The notes beneath the pieces are model-generated. The model saw only the letters and a program-made list of their open reading frames with translations. It made no database searches and was not told the origin of the DNA. DNA of 64,000 bases from an uncultured Chloroflexia bacterium (lineage in GTDB: Bacteria > Chloroflexota > Limnocylindria > Limnocylindrales > CSP1-4): positions 73,386 to 137,385 of the forward strand of contig CAVRKH010000006.1 in the NCBI GenBank assembly GCA_963721655.1. Reading direction: 5' to 3'. A program made the translations under genes and the position numbers. Shown here piece after piece: positions 45,587-56,427 of the stretch; positions within the stretch are counted from its first letter, which is position 1; the number at the start of each line of letters is the position of its first letter.

Positions 45587-46603
45587 TTGGCCCAGATCGC
45601 ATTGGATCCAGCCGCGGCGCCGGCGAGCTCCGCAGTTGCCGACCTTGAGCGCCAGCTCGAGGACTATCGGACCGAGCTCACCGGCTACGCGTACCGGATG
45701 CTCGGCTCGACCTTCGACGCCGAGGACGCAGTCCAGGAGACGCTGGTCCGTGCCTGGAAGAGCCTCGATCGGTTCGAGGGGCGCGCCGCCCTCCGCTCGT
45801 GGCTGTACCGGATCGCCACGAATGTCTGCCTGGACATGCTCAACGGCCGCAAGCGGCGCGCACGCCCCATGGACATGGGCCCGGCGTCGGTCGCCGAGGC
45901 GACGCTCGGACCCGCGCTCGAAGAGGCGCTGTGGGTCGAGCCGATCCCCGATTCGGTGGTGGTTCCGGCCGGCGGCGATCCGGCCGAGGTCGCGATCGCG
46001 CGCGAATCGATCCGCCTGGCGTTCGTCTCCGCCCTTCAGCGGCTGCCACCGAAGCAGCGCGCCGTCCTGATCCTGCGCGAGGTGCTCCGCTGGCAGGCCA
46101 GCGAGGTCGCCGAGCTGCTCGACACGAGCATCGCTTCGGTGAACAGCGCGCTCCAGCGTGCGCGTGCCACGCTCGATGCGGCCAAGGACGATGACGGCCA
46201 CGGCGACAGCTCGATCGAACCGCTCAACGCCGACGACCAGGCGCTGCTCGCTCGCTATGTCGACGCGTTCGAGCGCTACGACATGGACTCGCTGACCTCG
46301 CTCCTGCGCGAGGACGCGACGTGGAACATGCCGCCGTACGACCTGTGGCTGCAGACCCACGACGACATCGTCAAGTGGTGTCTCGGGCCGGGCATCGGGT
46401 GCGAGGGCTCGCGGCTCCTCCCGATCATGGCGAACGGAGCGCCGGGGTTCGGGCAGTACAAGCCGGATCCGGACGGCGGCCTCGCGCCATGGTCAATCCA
46501 GGTGCTCGAGCTCCGCGACGGCCGGGTCGCCGGCATCACGTTCTTCCTCGACACCGAGCGGTTCTTCCCGCTCTTCGGGCTGCCCGACCACCTCGAGGCC
46601 TGA
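45587..46603 (+). CDS. ECF sigma factor with C-terminal SnoaL-like extension (ECF41/SigJ-like)
   Basis: Sigma-70 region 2 (ELTGYAYRMLGSTFDAEDAVQETLVRAWKSLDRF) and region 4 (QRAVLILREVLRWQASEVAELLDTSIASVNSALQRAR), plus an approximately 150-aa C-terminal extension (YVDAFERYDMDSL…). Intact. Confidence 0.85.
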   Translation: MAQIALDPAAAPASSAVADLERQLEDYRTELTGYAYRMLGSTFDAEDAVQETLVRAWKSLDRFEGRAALRSWLYRIATNVCLDMLNGRKRRARPMDMGPASVAEATLGPALEEALWVEPIPDSVVVPAGGDPAEVAIARESIRLAFVSALQRLPPKQRAVLILREVLRWQASEVAELLDTSIASVNSALQRARATLDAAKDDDGHGDSSIEPLNADDQALLARYVDAFERYDMDSLTSLLREDATWNMPPYDLWLQTHDDIVKWCLGPGIGCEGSRLLPIMANGAPGFGQYKPDPDGGLAPWSIQVLELRDGRVAGITFFLDTERFFPLFGLPDHLEA

Positions 46604-46897
46604 GTCGGCGGCACACGGCAGAACCTCGCCGAGCCCGGCGAGACCGACGAGCTCGAGGAGTTCCGTGGACGGATCACGCAGCGTGACCGCGCAGCCCATC
46701 CGGCGCGCCCGAAGCGCGAGCCGCGCGAGCGCATCGACGGTCGCCATATCGGCATCGGCCAGGCGAGCGAGGTCGCACAGGATGATCGTCGAATCGCCAC
46801 GAACGATGCCCGGACCCAGGCGCTCGATCAGGTCGGGCACCTCGTCGGGGTCGAGCGAATCGACGGCGAGGATGATCGTGTTCGGTTGCTCGGGCAT
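46493..46897 (-). CDS. STAS-domain protein (anti-sigma-factor antagonist-like)
   Basis: MPEQPNTIILAVDSL…STIILCDLARLADADMATVDALARLALRARRMGCAVTLRDPSTELLELVGLAGLGEVLP. The 3' end overlaps the convergent sigma gene by about 110 nt, so the true stop may be earlier. Confidence 0.6.
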   Translation of the reverse strand: MPEQPNTIILAVDSLDPDEVPDLIERLGPGIVRGDSTIILCDLARLADADMATVDALARLALRARRMGCAVTLRDPSTELLELVGLAGLGEVLPCAADSGLEVVGQPEEREEPLGVEEERDAGDPAVAELEHLD

Positions 46898-47063
46898 GCT
46901 CGGATGTGCCACCGACCGGCGACCTCCTTCACCCATCAGACCGGCGCATGGACCGGAACTCATCGGCGGCGACCGGCAGGCCTCCGATGATTCGCGGCCG
47001 CTCGGCCGGTCAAACTCATGGCACCACCAGCCCGTAGCCACCTGAAGGCAGAGGAGTCGTCCT

Positions 47064-48448
47064 GTGCAGCAAGCGACAACACCCATCTCCATCCCGGACC
47101 TGCGGGCCGCGGTCAGCGGCCGCGTCATCGGCCCGGACGACGAGGACTACGACGCGGCCCGGACGGTCCTCGTCCCCATTGCCGCCAATCGCCGCCCAGC
47201 GGCGATCGTCCGCGTGGCAGACGCCAACGACGTCGCGGCCGTCGTCAACTACGCGCGCGATCACGGCGTCGAGCTGGCCGTTCGGAGCGGCGGCCACAGC
47301 GCGTCCGGCCACAGCACGGTCGACGGCGGCATCGTCGTCGATCTCCGCGACATGAAGGGCCTCGAGATCGACGCCGCGAACCGGACCGCCTGGGCCGAGA
47401 CCGGCCTGACCGCTGGGCGAGTACTCGGCCAAGACCGTCGAGCACGGTCTCGCGACCGGCTTCGGGGACACCGGCTCGGTCGGGATCGGCGGCATCACCG
47501 TCGGCGGCGGCGTCGGCTACCTCGGCCGCCTCCACGGCCTGACGATCGACAACGTCCTCGCCGCCGAGATCGTGACGGCCGATGGACAGCTGCGGCGCGT
47601 GGACGCCGAGCACGAGCCGGACCTGTTCTGGGCAATCCGTGGCGGCGGCGGCAACTTCGGCGTCGTGACCCGCTTCCAGTACCGGCTGGCGGACGTCAGC
47701 CAGTTCACCGGCGGCATGCTGATCCTGCCCGGGACGGCCGAAGTGATCGAAGGCTTCGTGGCCGCCGCCGATGCGGCGCCGGACGAGCTCTCGACGATCG
47801 CCAACATCATGTCGGCGCCACCGATGCCGTTCCTCCCCGCGGAGGCGGTGGGCTCGATCGTCCTGATGGGGATGCTGGCGTACACCGGCGAGCCCGAGTC
47901 GGCGGAACGCGTCCTTGCCCCGTTCCGGGCCCTCGGCACGCCCCTCGCGGACTTCGTGGCCGCGAACCCGTACACGACGATGTACCCGCCCGATGACCCG
48001 GATTACCACCCGACCGCCGAGTCGCGGACGATGTTCATCGATCACGTGGACCGGGCGACCGCCGAGCTCATCGTCGAACGGCTCAACGCGATCGAGGCGC
48101 CGATCCGGGTGGCCCAGCTGCGGGTGCTCGGTGGCGCGATGGGGCGCGTGCCGTCCGACGCCACTGCCTATGCGCACCGCTCGGGCCGGATCATGGTCAA
48201 CGTCGCCGCGTTCTACGAGGGCGACGAGGACCGCGCCCGCAAGGCCGACTGGGTGAAGCGCTTCAGCGAGGCGCTCTACCAGGGGGTCGACGCGGCGTAC
48301 GTCAACTTCGTCGGGGACGAGGGCGAGGCGCGAACCCGCGCGGCGTACCCGGGCCAGACCTGGGACCGGCTGGCACGCATCAAGGCCACAGTACGACCCG
48401 GACAACCTGTTCCACCTGAACCAGAACGTGGCGCCCGCCGCCACGTAA
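47064..48448 (+). CDS. FAD-linked oxidase (FAD_binding_4 plus BBE-like domain), at least two apparent frameshifts near 47420 and 48390
   Basis: N-terminal AIVRVADANDVAAVVNYARDHGVELAVRSGGHS in frame 47064.. . Core GIGGITVGGGVGYLGRLHGLTIDN…RGGGGNFGVVT in frame 47572.. . BBE tail YVNFVGDEGE…RLARIKA(KYDPDNLFHLNQNV) recovered by a further shift. Confidence 0.8.
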
Positions 48449-48492
48449 GCGCTCACCGCCGCTGATTCGGGGGCAAGCGGAGGCGCCGGTGA

Positions 48493-48512
48493 GAGGGCCA
48501 TTGCCCTTTCGC
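48493..48512 (+). terminator. Candidate intrinsic terminator hairpin after the FAD-oxidase gene
   Basis: GAGGGCCATTGCCCTTTCG: a 5-bp GC stem with a 4-nt loop followed by a TTT tract. An additional imperfect GC hairpin lies upstream. Confidence 0.3.
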
Positions 48513-48592
48513 CGGCGCCACCATCTATGACGGGGGCCGGCGTCGAAACTCATCGGTGTGGCTGACGCAGAATCTCGCCGCATGAGGAGCAT

Positions 48593-49294
48593 CCGCTGAA
48601 CCGCCGCACTGCCGTCGTCATCGCGATCGCGGCCGGGCTTGCCGTCGTCGTCCTCGCGGGCGTCGCGCTGTGGGCCTGGTCAGCGCTCAGACCGGCGACG
48701 GCTGACGAGCTGATCGACGGCATCACCGTCACCGCCAGCGTGGACGGGTCGTCGCTCGGTGCCACGCAGGCCATCGCCGACTTCGGGCTCGAGGACGGCA
48801 TCCGGATGGTGCCCGTCCGGATCGTCGAGGACCTGGCGCTCGAGGTGCGACTGGAGACGCCACGGGACGTCACGCTCGCCGGCGCCCCGCGGCTCTGTCT
48901 CACCGGACCGTTCTGGAACCCGCTGGACGCCGGGCTGGACGACCGCTGCTGGGGCGACCCGGACCTGGCGGGGCTGCTGACCGACGCGATGCCGGCCGAC
49001 GCGGACGGCCGGGTCACGCTGCGTGCCGGTTCACCGGTCGTGCTGCAGGCCGACCTCGCCCGCGGCGACGAGCGCTGCGACTACCCACCGGGCGACTGGC
49101 TGCTCGAGGTCGACGCCGAACCGGTCGTCGACGGCGTGACGCTCCCGCGCCAGGACATCGCCGAGGTGCCGCTGACCGTGCCGCTCGAGGAGGACGGCGC
49201 GCTGGCGTGGCGCAACAACAGCGACACGCGCTTCTGCAGCTTCACGGCCGCGGTCTACACGCGCCAGGGAGAGCCCGAGATCACGGGACGCTGA
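48593..49294 (+). CDS. Hypothetical membrane-anchored/exported protein, apparent frameshift at codon 5
   Basis: ATG MRSI, then LNRRTAVVIAIAAGLAVVVLAGVALWAW (signal anchor), then Cys-containing domain (…RLCLTGPFWNPLDAGLDDRCWGDPD…CDYPPGDW…). The track ORF is 48740..49294. Confidence 0.45.
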   Translation, partial: PLNRRTAVVIAIAAGLAVVVLAGVALWAWSALRPATADELIDGITVTASVDGSSLGATQAIADFGLEDGIRMVPVRIVEDLALEVRLETPRDVTLAGAPRLCLTGPFWNPLDAGLDDRCWGDPDLAGLLTDAMPADADGRVTLRAGSPVVLQADLARGDERCDYPPGDWLLEVDAEPVVDGVTLPRQDIAEVPLTVPLEEDGALAWRNNSDTRFCSFTAAVYTRQGEPEITGR

Positions 49295-49391
49295 CGGCAC
49301 GCGGCCCGGACCGATGAATCCGGGAGGTTCGGGCCGTCTGAAACGGTGAGACCACATCACTGAGTTCCAGGTCTCGAAGGAGCGTCCCGAA

Positions 49392-50990
49392 ATGATCCAG
49401 AACCCTGCCCCACCCCGAGCGGGCCGCCGCGAATGGATCGGCCTGTCCGTCCTCGCGCTCGCGTGCCTGATGTACGTGATGGACCTGACGGTGCTGCACC
49501 TCGCGGTGCCGTCGCTCTCGGCCGACCTCCAGCCGAGCAGCGCGCAGCTCCTCTGGATCATCGACATCTACGGCTTCATGGTCGCGGGCTTCCTCGTGAC
49601 GATGGGCACGCTCGGCGACCGCATCGGCCGCCGCAAGCTGCTGTTCATCGGCGCCGGCGCCTTCGGCGTGCTGTCGCTGCTCGCCGCGTTCGCGGTGAGC
49701 GCCGAGATGCTCATCCTGAGCCGGGCCCTGCTCGGGATCGCCGGCGCGACGCTCGCACCGTCGACCCTGTCGCTGATCTTCACGATGTTCCAGGATCCCG
49801 GGCAGCGCTCGCGCGCGATCGCGGTCTGGATCTCGGCCTTCTCGGCCGGCAGCGCGATCGGCCCGCTGCTCGGCGGCCTGATGCTCGAATACTTCTGGTG
49901 GGGCTCGGTGTTCCTGCTGGCCCTGCCGGTGATGGCGCTCCTGCTGATCCTCGGCCCGATCACGCTTCCCGAGTACAAGGATCCGAACGCCGGCCGGCTC
50001 GACCTGCTGAGCGTCGCGATGTCGCTCGTCGCGGTGCTGACGGTCATCTTCGGGCTCAAGCAATTCGCCCAGGACGGGTTCGGCGCCATGCCCGCAGCGT
50101 TCGTCCTCGTCGGCCTCGTCGTGGGGACGCTGTTCGTCCGCCGCCAGCTGACGCTGGCCGACCCGATGATCGACGTCCGCCTCTTCCGCGTTCCCGCCTT
50201 CAGCGCGTCGCTCGCCGTCAACTTCCTGACGATCTTCGTCGCGATCGGTTACTTCATCTTCGTCGCCCAGTACCTGCAGCTGGTCCTCGGCCTGTCGCCG
50301 CTCGAGGCTGGGGTCTGGTCGGTGCCATCGGCGATCGCGTTCATCGTCGGCTCGAACGCGGCGCCCCGGCTGCTCCGCTACATCCGGCCGGCGTTCCTCA
50401 TCGGAATCGCGCTCGGCGTTGCCGCGGTCGGGCTCGGCATCCTGAGCCGGGTCGGTGGCGCGGACAGTGACGGACTCGCGATCGTGGTGGGCTCGTCGGT
50501 CATCATCTCGCTCGGCCTGGCGCCGGTCTTCGGCCTGACCACCGAGCTGGTCGTCGGTTCGGCTCCGCCGGAGCGGGCCGGGGCCGCCTCGGGTATCTCC
50601 GAGAGCGCATTCGAGCTCGGCGGTGCGCTGGGGATCTCGATCCTCGGCAGCATCGGCATCGCGATCTACCGGCGCGACGTGGCCGACGCGCTGCCCGCCG
50701 GCGTCCCGGCAGAGGCGGCCGTGGTCGCCCAGGACACGCTCGGTGGCGCGGTCGGTGTGGCCCAGGACCTGCCCGCCGCCCTGGCGGCGACGGTCCTCGA
50801 CGTCGCCCAGAACGCGTTCGTCGAGGGCATGCAGGTCGCGGCTGCGATCAGCAGCGTCCTTGCGGTGGGCGTCGCGCTGTTCGCGGTGGCGGTCCTGCGG
50901 AACGTGCGGGCCGGCGGCACCGAGTCGCAGCCCGAGGATCCGGAGCCGGCTCGCACCTCGATGGACGGGGCCCTCGCCGATCCCTGCTGA
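49392..50990 (+). CDS. MFS transporter, DHA2 (14-TM) family
   Basis: 532 aa intact with 14 TMs and the MFS motif GTLGDRIGRRK. Confidence 0.85.
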   Translation: MIQNPAPPRAGRREWIGLSVLALACLMYVMDLTVLHLAVPSLSADLQPSSAQLLWIIDIYGFMVAGFLVTMGTLGDRIGRRKLLFIGAGAFGVLSLLAAFAVSAEMLILSRALLGIAGATLAPSTLSLIFTMFQDPGQRSRAIAVWISAFSAGSAIGPLLGGLMLEYFWWGSVFLLALPVMALLLILGPITLPEYKDPNAGRLDLLSVAMSLVAVLTVIFGLKQFAQDGFGAMPAAFVLVGLVVGTLFVRRQLTLADPMIDVRLFRVPAFSASLAVNFLTIFVAIGYFIFVAQYLQLVLGLSPLEAGVWSVPSAIAFIVGSNAAPRLLRYIRPAFLIGIALGVAAVGLGILSRVGGADSDGLAIVVGSSVIISLGLAPVFGLTTELVVGSAPPERAGAASGISESAFELGGALGISILGSIGIAIYRRDVADALPAGVPAEAAVVAQDTLGGAVGVAQDLPAALAATVLDVAQNAFVEGMQVAAAISSVLAVGVALFAVAVLRNVRAGGTESQPEDPEPARTSMDGALADPC

Positions 50991-51125
50991 GGTTCCGTTC
51001 CGCATCGCGGACCAGCACCCGAAACAGCCCTGCAAGGTCGGAGCGGCGCCGGACGGCGTCGCTCTGCCGCGTCCGGCGGCACGCTGGGGCGTGAGGTTTC
51101 GAACCGCAGCAAGGAGGACCAGACC

Positions 51126-51377
51126 ATGCCTGAGCTCGACGCCAAGGATCGCGACGATCTCCGCAGCAATCAGTTCGCCTACGTCGACAAGGACGGCGGG
51201 GAGCACCTGCCGCTCAACGACGCGTCGCACGTCCGCAACGCGATGGCGCGCTTCAACCAGACCGACTTCGAGAGCCAGACCGCCAAGGAAGCGGCGCGCA
51301 AGAAGATCCTCGCGGCTGCGAAGCGCTACGACATCGAGGTCGACGAGGACTCGAACGTCGCCGAGCCGGTGCGCTAG
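51126..51377 (+). CDS. DUF6582-like conserved small protein
   Basis: 83 aa: MPELDAKDRDDLRSNQFAYVDKDGGEHLPLNDASHVRNAMARFNQTDFESQTAKEAARKKILAAAKRYDIEV. An AAGGAGG RBS lies 7 nt upstream. Confidence 0.6.
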   Translation: MPELDAKDRDDLRSNQFAYVDKDGGEHLPLNDASHVRNAMARFNQTDFESQTAKEAARKKILAAAKRYDIEVDEDSNVAEPVR

Positions 51378-51390
51378 GTCCGAGTGCGGC

Positions 51391-52554
51391 CTAGGCCGGA
51401 GTCGCGATCCGGCTGATGCGGTCGGCAGCGGCGTGGAGCGTCTCGAGCCGCTTCGGGAAGGCGAAGCGGAGCTTCGTCCGCCCGAGCTCCGGTCGCGAGA
51501 AGAACGATGACCCCGGCACCGCAGCGATGCCGGGGTCTTCGATCAGGCGGGTGGCGAACGTGACGTCGTCGTCCGAGGTGAGGTCGCGGATGTCGGTCAT
51601 CACGTAGTAGGCGCCGGCGGGTTCGTGGATGCGGAACCCGGCGGCGGCCAGGGCCGGAAGGAGCGTGTCGCGCCGCTCTCGGTAGTCGGCGACGAGCTGC
51701 GCGTAATAGCCGTCCGGGAAGGTCATCGCGAGCGTCGCCGCCTCCTGCAGGGGCGCGGCGGCACCGACCGTCAGGAAGTCGTGGGTCCGTCGCACGCCGA
51801 CGCTCAGCTCGGGCGAGGCGATCACCCAGCCCACGCGCCAGCCTGTCACCGAGTACGTCTTCGACATCGAGTTGATCGCCACGGTCCGGTCGGCCATGCC
51901 GGGCAGCGTGGCGAGCGGGATGTGCTCGCCCTCGAACACGATGTGCTCGTAGATGTCGTCGGTGAACGCGAGCAGGTCGTGCTCCAGGCACAGGTTCGCG
52001 ATGAGCTCGAGCTCGTCGCGCCGGAAGACCTTGCCGGTCGGGTTGTGCGGCGAGTTGACGACGATCGCCCGGGTCCGCGGCGTCACGGCGGCGCGCAGCT
52101 CATCGGGATCGATCGCCCAGTCCGGTTCGTGGAGCGTCACGTAGCGCGGCGTGGCCCCGGTGAGGATCGCGTCGGGGCCGTAGTTCTCGTAGAACGGCTC
52201 GAACACGATGACCTCGTCGCCCGGATCGAGCAGGCCGAGCATCGCCGCGATCATTCCCTCGGTCGCCCCGCACACCACCGTGATCTCGGTGTCGGGGTCG
52301 GGCTCCCAGCCCGGATAGAAGCGAGCGGTCTTCGCGGCGATGGCACGCCGGAGCGACGGCGCGCCGGCGACGATCGCGTACTGGTTGACGTCGGCGAACA
52401 GCGCGGCCGCGGCCGCTTCCTTGAGCTCGGTCGGGGCCGGGAAGTCCGGGAAGCCCTGGGCCAGGCTGACGGCGCCGGCCTGGACCGCCAGGCGGTTCAT
52501 CTCGCGGATGACGGACTCGGTGAAGCTCTCGGCCTTGCGGCTGATGCGGCGCAT
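51391..52554 (-). CDS. Pyridoxal-phosphate-dependent aminotransferase (class I/II)
   Basis: 387 aa with NSPHNPTG, the [15 protein letters not shown] lysine motif and FYENYGPD. Intact; sits at the 3' end of the 924-aa track ORF. Confidence 0.85.
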   Translation of the reverse strand: MRRISRKAESFTESVIREMNRLAVQAGAVSLAQGFPDFPAPTELKEAAAAALFADVNQYAIVAGAPSLRRAIAAKTARFYPGWEPDPDTEITVVCGATEGMIAAMLGLLDPGDEVIVFEPFYENYGPDAILTGATPRYVTLHEPDWAIDPDELRAAVTPRTRAIVVNSPHNPTGKVFRRDELELIANLCLEHDLLAFTDDIYEHIVFEGEHIPLATLPGMADRTVAINSMSKTYSVTGWRVGWVIASPELSVGVRRTHDFLTVGAAAPLQEAATLAMTFPDGYYAQLVADYRERRDTLLPALAAAGFRIHEPAGAYYVMTDIRDLTSDDDVTFATRLIEDPGIAAVPGSSFFSRPELGRTKLRFAFPKRLETLHAAADRISRIATPA

Positions 52555-52794
52555 GCCGGGGAGTCTAGCGGGCGCTCGCGATGGGGCGCCTCGGGCTCCG
52601 GGCCGCTCGGCTGCCTCGGGCCTGATGCCTGAACCTTGCCAGATATTCCTGGGGTGACTAGGAGGCCGCGTTTCGAGGTCACGATCCGACGTCCTGGAGG
52701 GCAGAAGTAGCCGTTCTCGACTAATTCCGAGCCGCCAGAACGCGACCGGGAGACCGAAAAGTCCGCCTTCTAGTCCTGGGGTGAATATCTGGCA

Positions 52795-52826
52795 GGAAAC
52801 CCGGCTGCGGCCGCGGCGGCCCAGCC
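52795..52826 (-). terminator. GC-rich hairpin immediately downstream of the xylA stop
   Basis: Minus-strand GGGCTGGGCCGCCGCGGCCGCAGCCCGGGTTTCC: stem GGCTG…CAGCC then a T-containing tail. Confidence 0.35.
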
Positions 52827-54165
52827 CTAGCGGTCCACGTTCCAGATGTGGCGGTTGACCCGGTTCTCGAGCTCCTCCTGGCGCCCGGAGACAGGCCGCG
52901 GGTCGACCTCGCCGGAGGCCACCTTCGCCTCGAGCGAGGCGAGCGACTCGTGGCCGTCGAGGATCGCCTGGCCGAGCGGCCCGCTCCAGCCCGCGTAGCG
53001 CTCCTCGAGCGGCCGCGACAGGGTCTCGTTCTCGAGCAGCTCGGCGGCGACGAGGAGTGCCCGGGCCAGCGTGTCGATGCCGCCGACGTGGGCATGGAAC
53101 AGGTCGGTCCGGGCGCTGCTCTGACGGCGGAGCTTCGCGTCGAAGTTGAAGCCGCCGGTGGTGAACCCGCCGCCCCGGAGGATCTCGTACAGCGGCAGCG
53201 CCAGGTCCTCGACGGAATTCGGGAACTGGTCGGTGTCCCATCCGTTCTGGGGGTCGCCGCGGTTCGCGTCGATGCTGCCGAGGATGCCGTGGGCGACGGC
53301 GTAGGCGACCTCGTGGTGGAACGAGTGACCAGCGAGCGTCGCGTGGTTCGCCTCGATGTTCAGGCGGTACTCGTCCTCCAGCCCGTTCCGGACCAGGAAG
53401 CCATGGATCGTCGCCGAGTCGTAGTCGTATTGGTGCTTCGTCGGTTCCATGCGGCTTGGGCTCGATGAGGAGCGTGCCCTCGAAGCCGATCTGGTGCTTG
53501 TGCTCGGCGACGAGGTGCAGGAACCGGGCGAGCTGGCTGCCCTCGCGCTTGAGGTCCGTGTTGAGCAGCGTGTCGTAGCCCTCGCGGCCGCCCCACAGGA
53601 CGTAGTTCGTGCCGCCGAGGCGCTTCGTGACCTCGAGCATGTGCTTGACCTGGGCCGCGGCGTAGGCGAAGACCTCGGGATCGGGATTGGTGGAGGCGCC
53701 GCCCTGGTAGCGGGGGTGCGTGAACAGGTTGGCCGTGCCCCAGAGCAGCTGCGCGCCGGTTCGCTCCTGGTACCCGAGTGCGTCGTCGGTGAGCGCGTCG
53801 AGGTTGTCCCTGAATTCGGCGAACGAGGCACCCTCCGGCGCGACGTCGCGGTCGTGGAAGCAGTAGAACGGGACGCCGAGCTTCTCGATGAACTCGAACG
53901 CGACGGCCAGCTTCTGGCGGGCTGCCGGCATCGGGTCGGCCGCGGGATCGAGCCACGGCCGGTCGAGCGTCCCGATGCCGAACATGTCCCGGCCGTCCCA
54001 GGCGAACGAGTGCCACAGGCAGACGCCGATGCGCAGGTGGTCCTCCATCCGCTTGCCGAGGACGAGCCGGTCGGGCTCGTACACCGCGTAGGTCAGCGGG
54101 TCGGTCGAGCCGACACCGCCGAAGCCGATGCGGCCGGGAACGTCCGTGAAGAACTCGTCTGCCAC
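52827..54165 (-). CDS. xylA: Xylose isomerase, class II (E. coli/Bacillus type), apparent frameshift near 53440
   Basis: Collinear with E. coli XylA: [73 protein letters not shown], then (shifted) [18 protein letters not shown]…[18 protein letters not shown]…WDTDQFP…GFNFDAK. Confidence 0.9.
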
Positions 54166-54199
54166 CGGGTGTCCTTCCTCGATGTTGCGCGAGTCTGGG

Positions 54200-54994
54200 T
54201 CAGCCCTTCAGCTCGAGTTCGGCCAGCTCCTCGCTCGTGACCTCCCCGGGTCGCTTGCCGAGGATGATCATGCCGAGGATGTCGTCCGTCGTGACGTCCG
54301 ACTTGTTGACCGTTGCGACGATCCGGCCGTGGTACATGACGCTGACCCGATCGGACAGGTCGAAGACGTCGTGGATGTCGTGGCTGATCAGGAAGATCCC
54401 GATGCCCTCCGTCTTGAGCTGGCGGACGAGGTCGCGCACCTGCGCCGTCTCCGCCGGGCCGAGGGCAGCCGTGGGCTCGTCCATGATCAGGACCTGCGCG
54501 TTGAAGTGCACGGCACGGGCGATCGCGACCGCCTGGCGCTGGCCGCCGGACAGCGATCGGACCGGCTGCGCGAAGTTGGTGAAGTTCGGGTTCAACCGCT
54601 TCATGACCTTGCGGGTCGCGTCCTCCATCGACGAGTCGTCGAGCGTCCCAAAGCGCGTCGTCAGCTCCCGCCCGAGGAAGACGTTGGCGGGCGCATCGAC
54701 GTTGTCCGCCAGGGCAAGGGTCTGGTAGATCGTCTCGATGTTGTAGTGCTTGGCGTCGCGCGGGTTCTTGATGCTTACCGCTTCGCCGTTGACGAGGATC
54801 TCGCCGCTGTCCGCGGGACGGGCACCGGACAACACGCGCATCAGGGTCGACTTGCCCGCGCCGTTGCCGCCGACCAGGCCGATGACTTCGCCGGGTTTCA
54901 GGTCGATGCTCACGTCGCGCACGGCGTGGACGCCGCCGAAGGCGACATTGATGCCACGCATCTCGACGAGCGGCGTTTGCTCCGCGACGGTCAC
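54200..54994 (-). CDS. xylG: Sugar (xylose-type) ABC transporter ATP-binding protein, single NBD
   Basis: GTG start 8 nt after an AAGGAGG RBS. Walker [10 protein letters not shown], signature [14 protein letters not shown], Walker [12 protein letters not shown]. Confidence 0.85.
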   Translation of the reverse strand: MTVAEQTPLVEMRGINVAFGGVHAVRDVSIDLKPGEVIGLVGGNGAGKSTLMRVLSGARPADSGEILVNGEAVSIKNPRDAKHYNIETIYQTLALADNVDAPANVFLGRELTTRFGTLDDSSMEDATRKVMKRLNPNFTNFAQPVRSLSGGQRQAVAIARAVHFNAQVLIMDEPTAALGPAETAQVRDLVRQLKTEGIGIFLISHDIHDVFDLSDRVSVMYHGRIVATVNKSDVTTDDILGMIILGKRPGEVTSEELAELELKG

Positions 54995-55014
54995 GGGTCG
55001 TCCCTCCTTGCCGC

Positions 55015-56337
55015 TCAGGAACCGCGCCGGCGGTTGATGGTGTCGAGGCCGACCGCGACGACCAGCACGATGCCGGCGACGACGTTCTGGCCGGGCGAGT
55101 TGACGCCGATGAAGCTCAGGCCGTACGCGAGCGACGCCAGGACGAAGGCGCCCAGCACGGCGCCGGGGATGGTCCCGATGCCGCCGGCAAAGGAGGTCCC
55201 GCCGACGACGGCAGCCGCGATCACGTACAGCTCGTAGCTCTGGCCGATGTCGAGCGTCGAGCCATTGAGCCGGGCCGACACGACGGCCGCAGCAAGCGCG
55301 CACAGGATGCCCATCAGCACGTACGTCTTGAGGATCGTCCAGCGCGTGTTGATGCCGGCCAGCTCGGCGGCGTCGGGATTGCCGCCGTAGGCGTACACGT
55401 AGCGGCCGAACCGTCGCCGGGTCGCCAACCAGGTCATGACGAGCGTGACGCCGATCAACAGGATGATGGGGAACGGGAAGCCGGTCGGGATCAGCAGGCC
55501 GCCCGGCGGGATGGGGATGTTGTTCTGCTGCGCGTACTTGTCCGCCAGGCCCTTCGGCCAGAAGTTGTTGTTGGCGAACGCAGGCGATGCCGAGGACCGC
55601 CAGCGATGCCGACGACCCCGATCAGGACCTCGGCCCACATCGGCCGGACCGGGAACCCGTAGCGGCGACGCTGGCGCCGGGAGTTGATGAGCAGGGCGAC
55701 GATCGCCACGGCATCCGACCAGGGCGATCGCCCAGGTCAACAGGCCGCCGATGGATCCCTGTGCGCTCCCACCGAGGAGCTGGAAGGTCGGATCGAGGCC
55801 GGATACCGACGCGCCGCTCGAGAGGTACCAGACGGCGCCGCGGATCGACAGCAGTCCGCCGAGGGTGACGATGAACGAGGGCACCCCGATGTAGGCGATG
55901 ATGAACCCCTGGACGCCGCCGATGGCGGCGCCCATGAGGATGCCGAGCCCGAGGGCGATGGCCCAGTTGAACGGGACATCGCTGCCGAGGCCCAGCGCGG
56001 GCAACCAGTCGGTCATCAGCAGGGCGTAGGTCATCGCGATGATGCCGACCAACGATCCCACCGACAGGTCGATGTTGCGCGAGACGATGACCAGCACCAT
56101 GCCGGTCGCGATGATTGCGATCGCGGCAGCCTGGACCGCCAGCGTGGTCATGTTGGCCGGCTGGATCAGCTTGCCGCCGCTCAGGACGTGGAAGACGAGC
56201 AGGATCACCGCCAGGGCGATCAGCATGCCGAACAGGCGGAGGTCGATCTCCGTCTGCGCGAGCATTCCGCGTATCGACGGGCGGGCGGGCGGCTCGACCT
56301 TACCGGATACGGGCGCTGCGTCGGCCACGTTCGCCAC
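55015..56337 (-). CDS. xylH: Sugar ABC transporter permease (XylH-like), two apparent frameshifts in the middle (about 55600-55710)
   Basis: N-terminal TMs in the 55015..56337 frame. The central segment [38 protein letters not shown] is in frame 55491..55709. C-terminal TMs return to the first frame. Confidence 0.8.
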   Translation of the reverse strand: MANVADAAPVSGKVEPPARPSIRGMLAQTEIDLRLFGMLIALAVILLVFHVLSGGKLIQPANMTTLAVQAAAIAIIATGMVLVIVSRNIDLSVGSLVGIIAMTYALLMTDWLPALGLGSDVPFNWAIALGLGILMGAAIGGVQGFIIAYIGVPSFIVTLGGLLSIRGAVWYLSSGASVSGLDPTFQLLGGSAQGSIGGLLTWAIALVGCRGDRRPAHQLPAPASPLRVPGPADVGRGPDRGRRHRWRSSASPAFANNNFWPKGLADKYAQQNNIPIPPGGLLIPTGFPFPIILLIGVTLVMTWLATRRRFGRYVYAYGGNPDAAELAGINTRWTILKTYVLMGILCALAAAVVSARLNGSTLDIGQSYELYVIAAAVVGGTSFAGGIGTIPGAVLGAFVLASLAYGLSFIGVNSPGQNVVAGIVLVVAVGLDTINRRRGS

Positions 56338-56427
56338 GATGGCCCTCCTGATCGTGGATCAAAGCGACCTGCGCCCTCGGGGGACCCGAGGGCGCAGGTT
56401 TGATGGCTAGCTAGCGGTCGGAGACCG

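Noticed and set aside
46493-46603. Genuine 110-nt convergent overlap between the sigma and STAS genes, considered as a regulatory feature.
   Set aside because: The frequency of indels elsewhere in this contig makes an artefactual extension of the STAS ORF at least as likely, so it is reported only as a low-interest item to verify.
52637-52796. Possible MITE or IS remnant defined by the inverted 9-mers GCCAGATAT / ATATCTGGC.
   Set aside because: No target-site duplication is recognisable, the inner 11-mers are in direct rather than inverted orientation, and no transposase is nearby. It is more parsimoniously a pair of regulator-binding sites, so I kept it only as a low-interest regulatory observation.
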